A stretch of DNA of 64,000 nt, taken from assembly GCA_963710375.1 (NCBI GenBank), contig CAVPZX010000002.1, positions 736,001 to 800,000 of the forward strand. The letters run 5' to 3'. Both the position numbers and the translations under genes were made by a program. The notes under the pieces were generated by a model. It was not told where the DNA came from, ran no database searches, and saw only the letters and a list, made by a program, of their open reading frames with translations. This DNA comes from Nitrospirota bacterium. Its GTDB lineage: Bacteria; Nitrospirota; Thermodesulfovibrionia; Thermodesulfovibrionales; Dissulfurispiraceae. How positions within the stretch are numbered: the stretch's first letter is position 1; every line of letters begins with the position of its first letter. Positions 62,255 through 64,000 of the stretch are shown piece by piece.

Positions 62255-64000
62255 CTAAAACTCGACCTTGCCCTCTCCCTGCACCATTTTTGTAATGAAC
62301 TCGACAATTTCGGGATTGGCCAATGTCATAACATCGCCCACATCCGTGCCGTTGGAAATAGAGCCGAGTACTCTGCGCATGATCTTTCCTGAGCGCGTCT
62401 TCGGCATATCGGGCACAATCCAGACCTTTCTCGGTCTTGCAATAGCTCCGATTTCCGTGACAATGGCATTTGATATTTTCTTGGCAAGTTCCTCGCTTGC
62501 CTTGAGCCCGGGTTTCAAAGCAATATACAGATCAGGTTCTTTCCCTTTTATTTCATGTTTCACAGGAACAACTGCAGCTTCCGCGACTTCAGGAACAGTG
62601 AGCGCAGCAGACTCGATTTCCTTTGTCCCAAGTCTGTGTCCGGAAACATTGATAACATCGTCGATCCTGCCCAGGATGCGGACATACCCGTCAGCAGCCA
62701 CCACTGCGGCGTCACCCGCGAGATACGGCCAATCCCGCCAATCTTTACTCTTCGGGTTCTTGCAGTACCTTTCATAATACGTCTTAACGTAGCGGTCACG
62801 GTCGCCCCAGATAGTCTGGAAACTGCCGGGCCAGGGGTTCTGGATGCATATATTCCCCGCCTTGCCCGAGCCGGCCGGGACTACGACTCCGTCATTGTCA
62901 TAAACAATGGGGTGAATGCCGGGCACGCCTGGACCGGCGCTGCCTGGCTTCATCGGCTTTATAGCCGGTATGGTGCTGCAGAGGAACCCGCCGTTTTCTG
63001 TCTGCCACCAGGTATCTACGATAGCTGCCTCGTTCTTACCCACCTCGTGATAATACCACTTCCATACTTCAGGCTCGATAGGTTCTCCAACTGTAGTCAT
63101 ATGCTTGAAATGGTAATTATACTTCGCAGGCTCATCCGGACCTACCTTTCTCAGCGCCCTGATGGCGGTAGGCGCCGTATGGAAGATGTTGATATCAAGG
63201 TTCTGGGCAATCCGCCAGGGTCTGCCTGGGTCCGGATATGTCGGGACGCCTTCGTAAATAACACTTGAGGCGCACAATGCCAACGGGCCATAGACAATAT
63301 ATGAATGCCCGGTGATCCATCCGATATCGGCCATACACCAGTAAACATCTTCCGGATGGATGTCCTGTATATATTTTGATGTTCCGGTTACATAAGCAAG
63401 ATAACCGCCCGTGCTGTGCTGGCAACCTTTGGGCTTTCCGGTTGTGCCGCTGGTATACATCAGGAAAAGCGGCGCTTCGGCAGGCATCGGCACCGGATCA
63501 ATACGGGCGCCGTAATACTTCTTCAGCAGCTCGTTGACAAAGAAATCGCGGCCCTCCACCATAGGTGTCTTTGCAGAATATTTGCCTGGATAGCGCTGCC
63601 ATACCAATACCTTTTTAATCTTCTGGCCATCTTTTGCAGCGTCTGCAACAGCAATATCCGCTTTTTCCTTGTGATCAATGAGTCTGACCGCTCCTGTAAT
63701 AGGCGTCCATCGTTATAAGAAATTCGCTTCCTGAGTCGACGATCCTGTCCGCGCACGCCCTTCCGCTGAACCCGCCGAAGACCTGTGAATGGATAATGCC
63801 GAGCCTTGCGCATGCAAGCATTGTGATGGGCAGCTCAGCAACCATCGGCAAGTGCAGTGTCACCCTGTCCCCTGCCTTAAGGCCCAACTCATCTCTAAGA
63901 ATTGCCGCAAACTCGTTCACCCTGACATACAGTTCCTGATAGGTAACATGCTGTACTGCCTCACTCTCGTTTTCCGAGACAAAATGGATTGCCGTCTTGT
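62255..64000 (-). CDS. acs: Acetyl-CoA synthetase (5' end off window) with an apparent +1 frameshift near 63683
   Basis: YTSGTTGKPKG, DTWWQTE and PKTRSGKIMRR; DAYYRSGQ continues in another frame as LIDHKEKADIA...VLVWQR. Confidence 0.9.

Noticed and set aside
771..63813. Numerous short antisense or nested ORFs in the track
   Set aside because: Shadows of well-supported genes with no recognisable motifs

Overview
A 64-kb bacterial chromosomal segment from a diderm organism. Gene content and protein style suggest Nitrospirota/Thermodesulfovibrionia or a related Desulfobacterota-like lineage (inference only). The housekeeping backbone is ribH (5' end), rodA-mrdA-mreDCB, ftsY, accA, dnaE, uvrB, purF, hisD, an mdtABC-type RND pump with outer-membrane factor, and an acetate cluster (two acs paralogues, DUF485, actP). 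Two accessory zones interrupt it. Zone 1 (about 13.8-21.6 kb) has Hsp20, an H1-like/SWIB protein, an overlapping dynamin-like GTPase + FRG-domain pair, DksA/TraR and three different miniature inverted-repeat elements. Zone 2 (about 21.7-40.6 kb) is a two-partner-secretion island: two giant TpsA adhesins with identical secretion domains, near-identical C-terminal caps and duplicated promoters but different central repeats; a single TpsB with an ATA start and a frameshift; a relic third TpsA fragment; a CRP-family regulator; and an HtrA preceded by a perfect CRP box and a sigma54 promoter. Three genes carry +1 frameshifts (tpsB, an uncalled Cys-rich gene, acs), all at or next to AGCT. No rRNA, tRNA, CRISPR array, transposase or integrase was recognised. 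All alignments and counts were done by eye.
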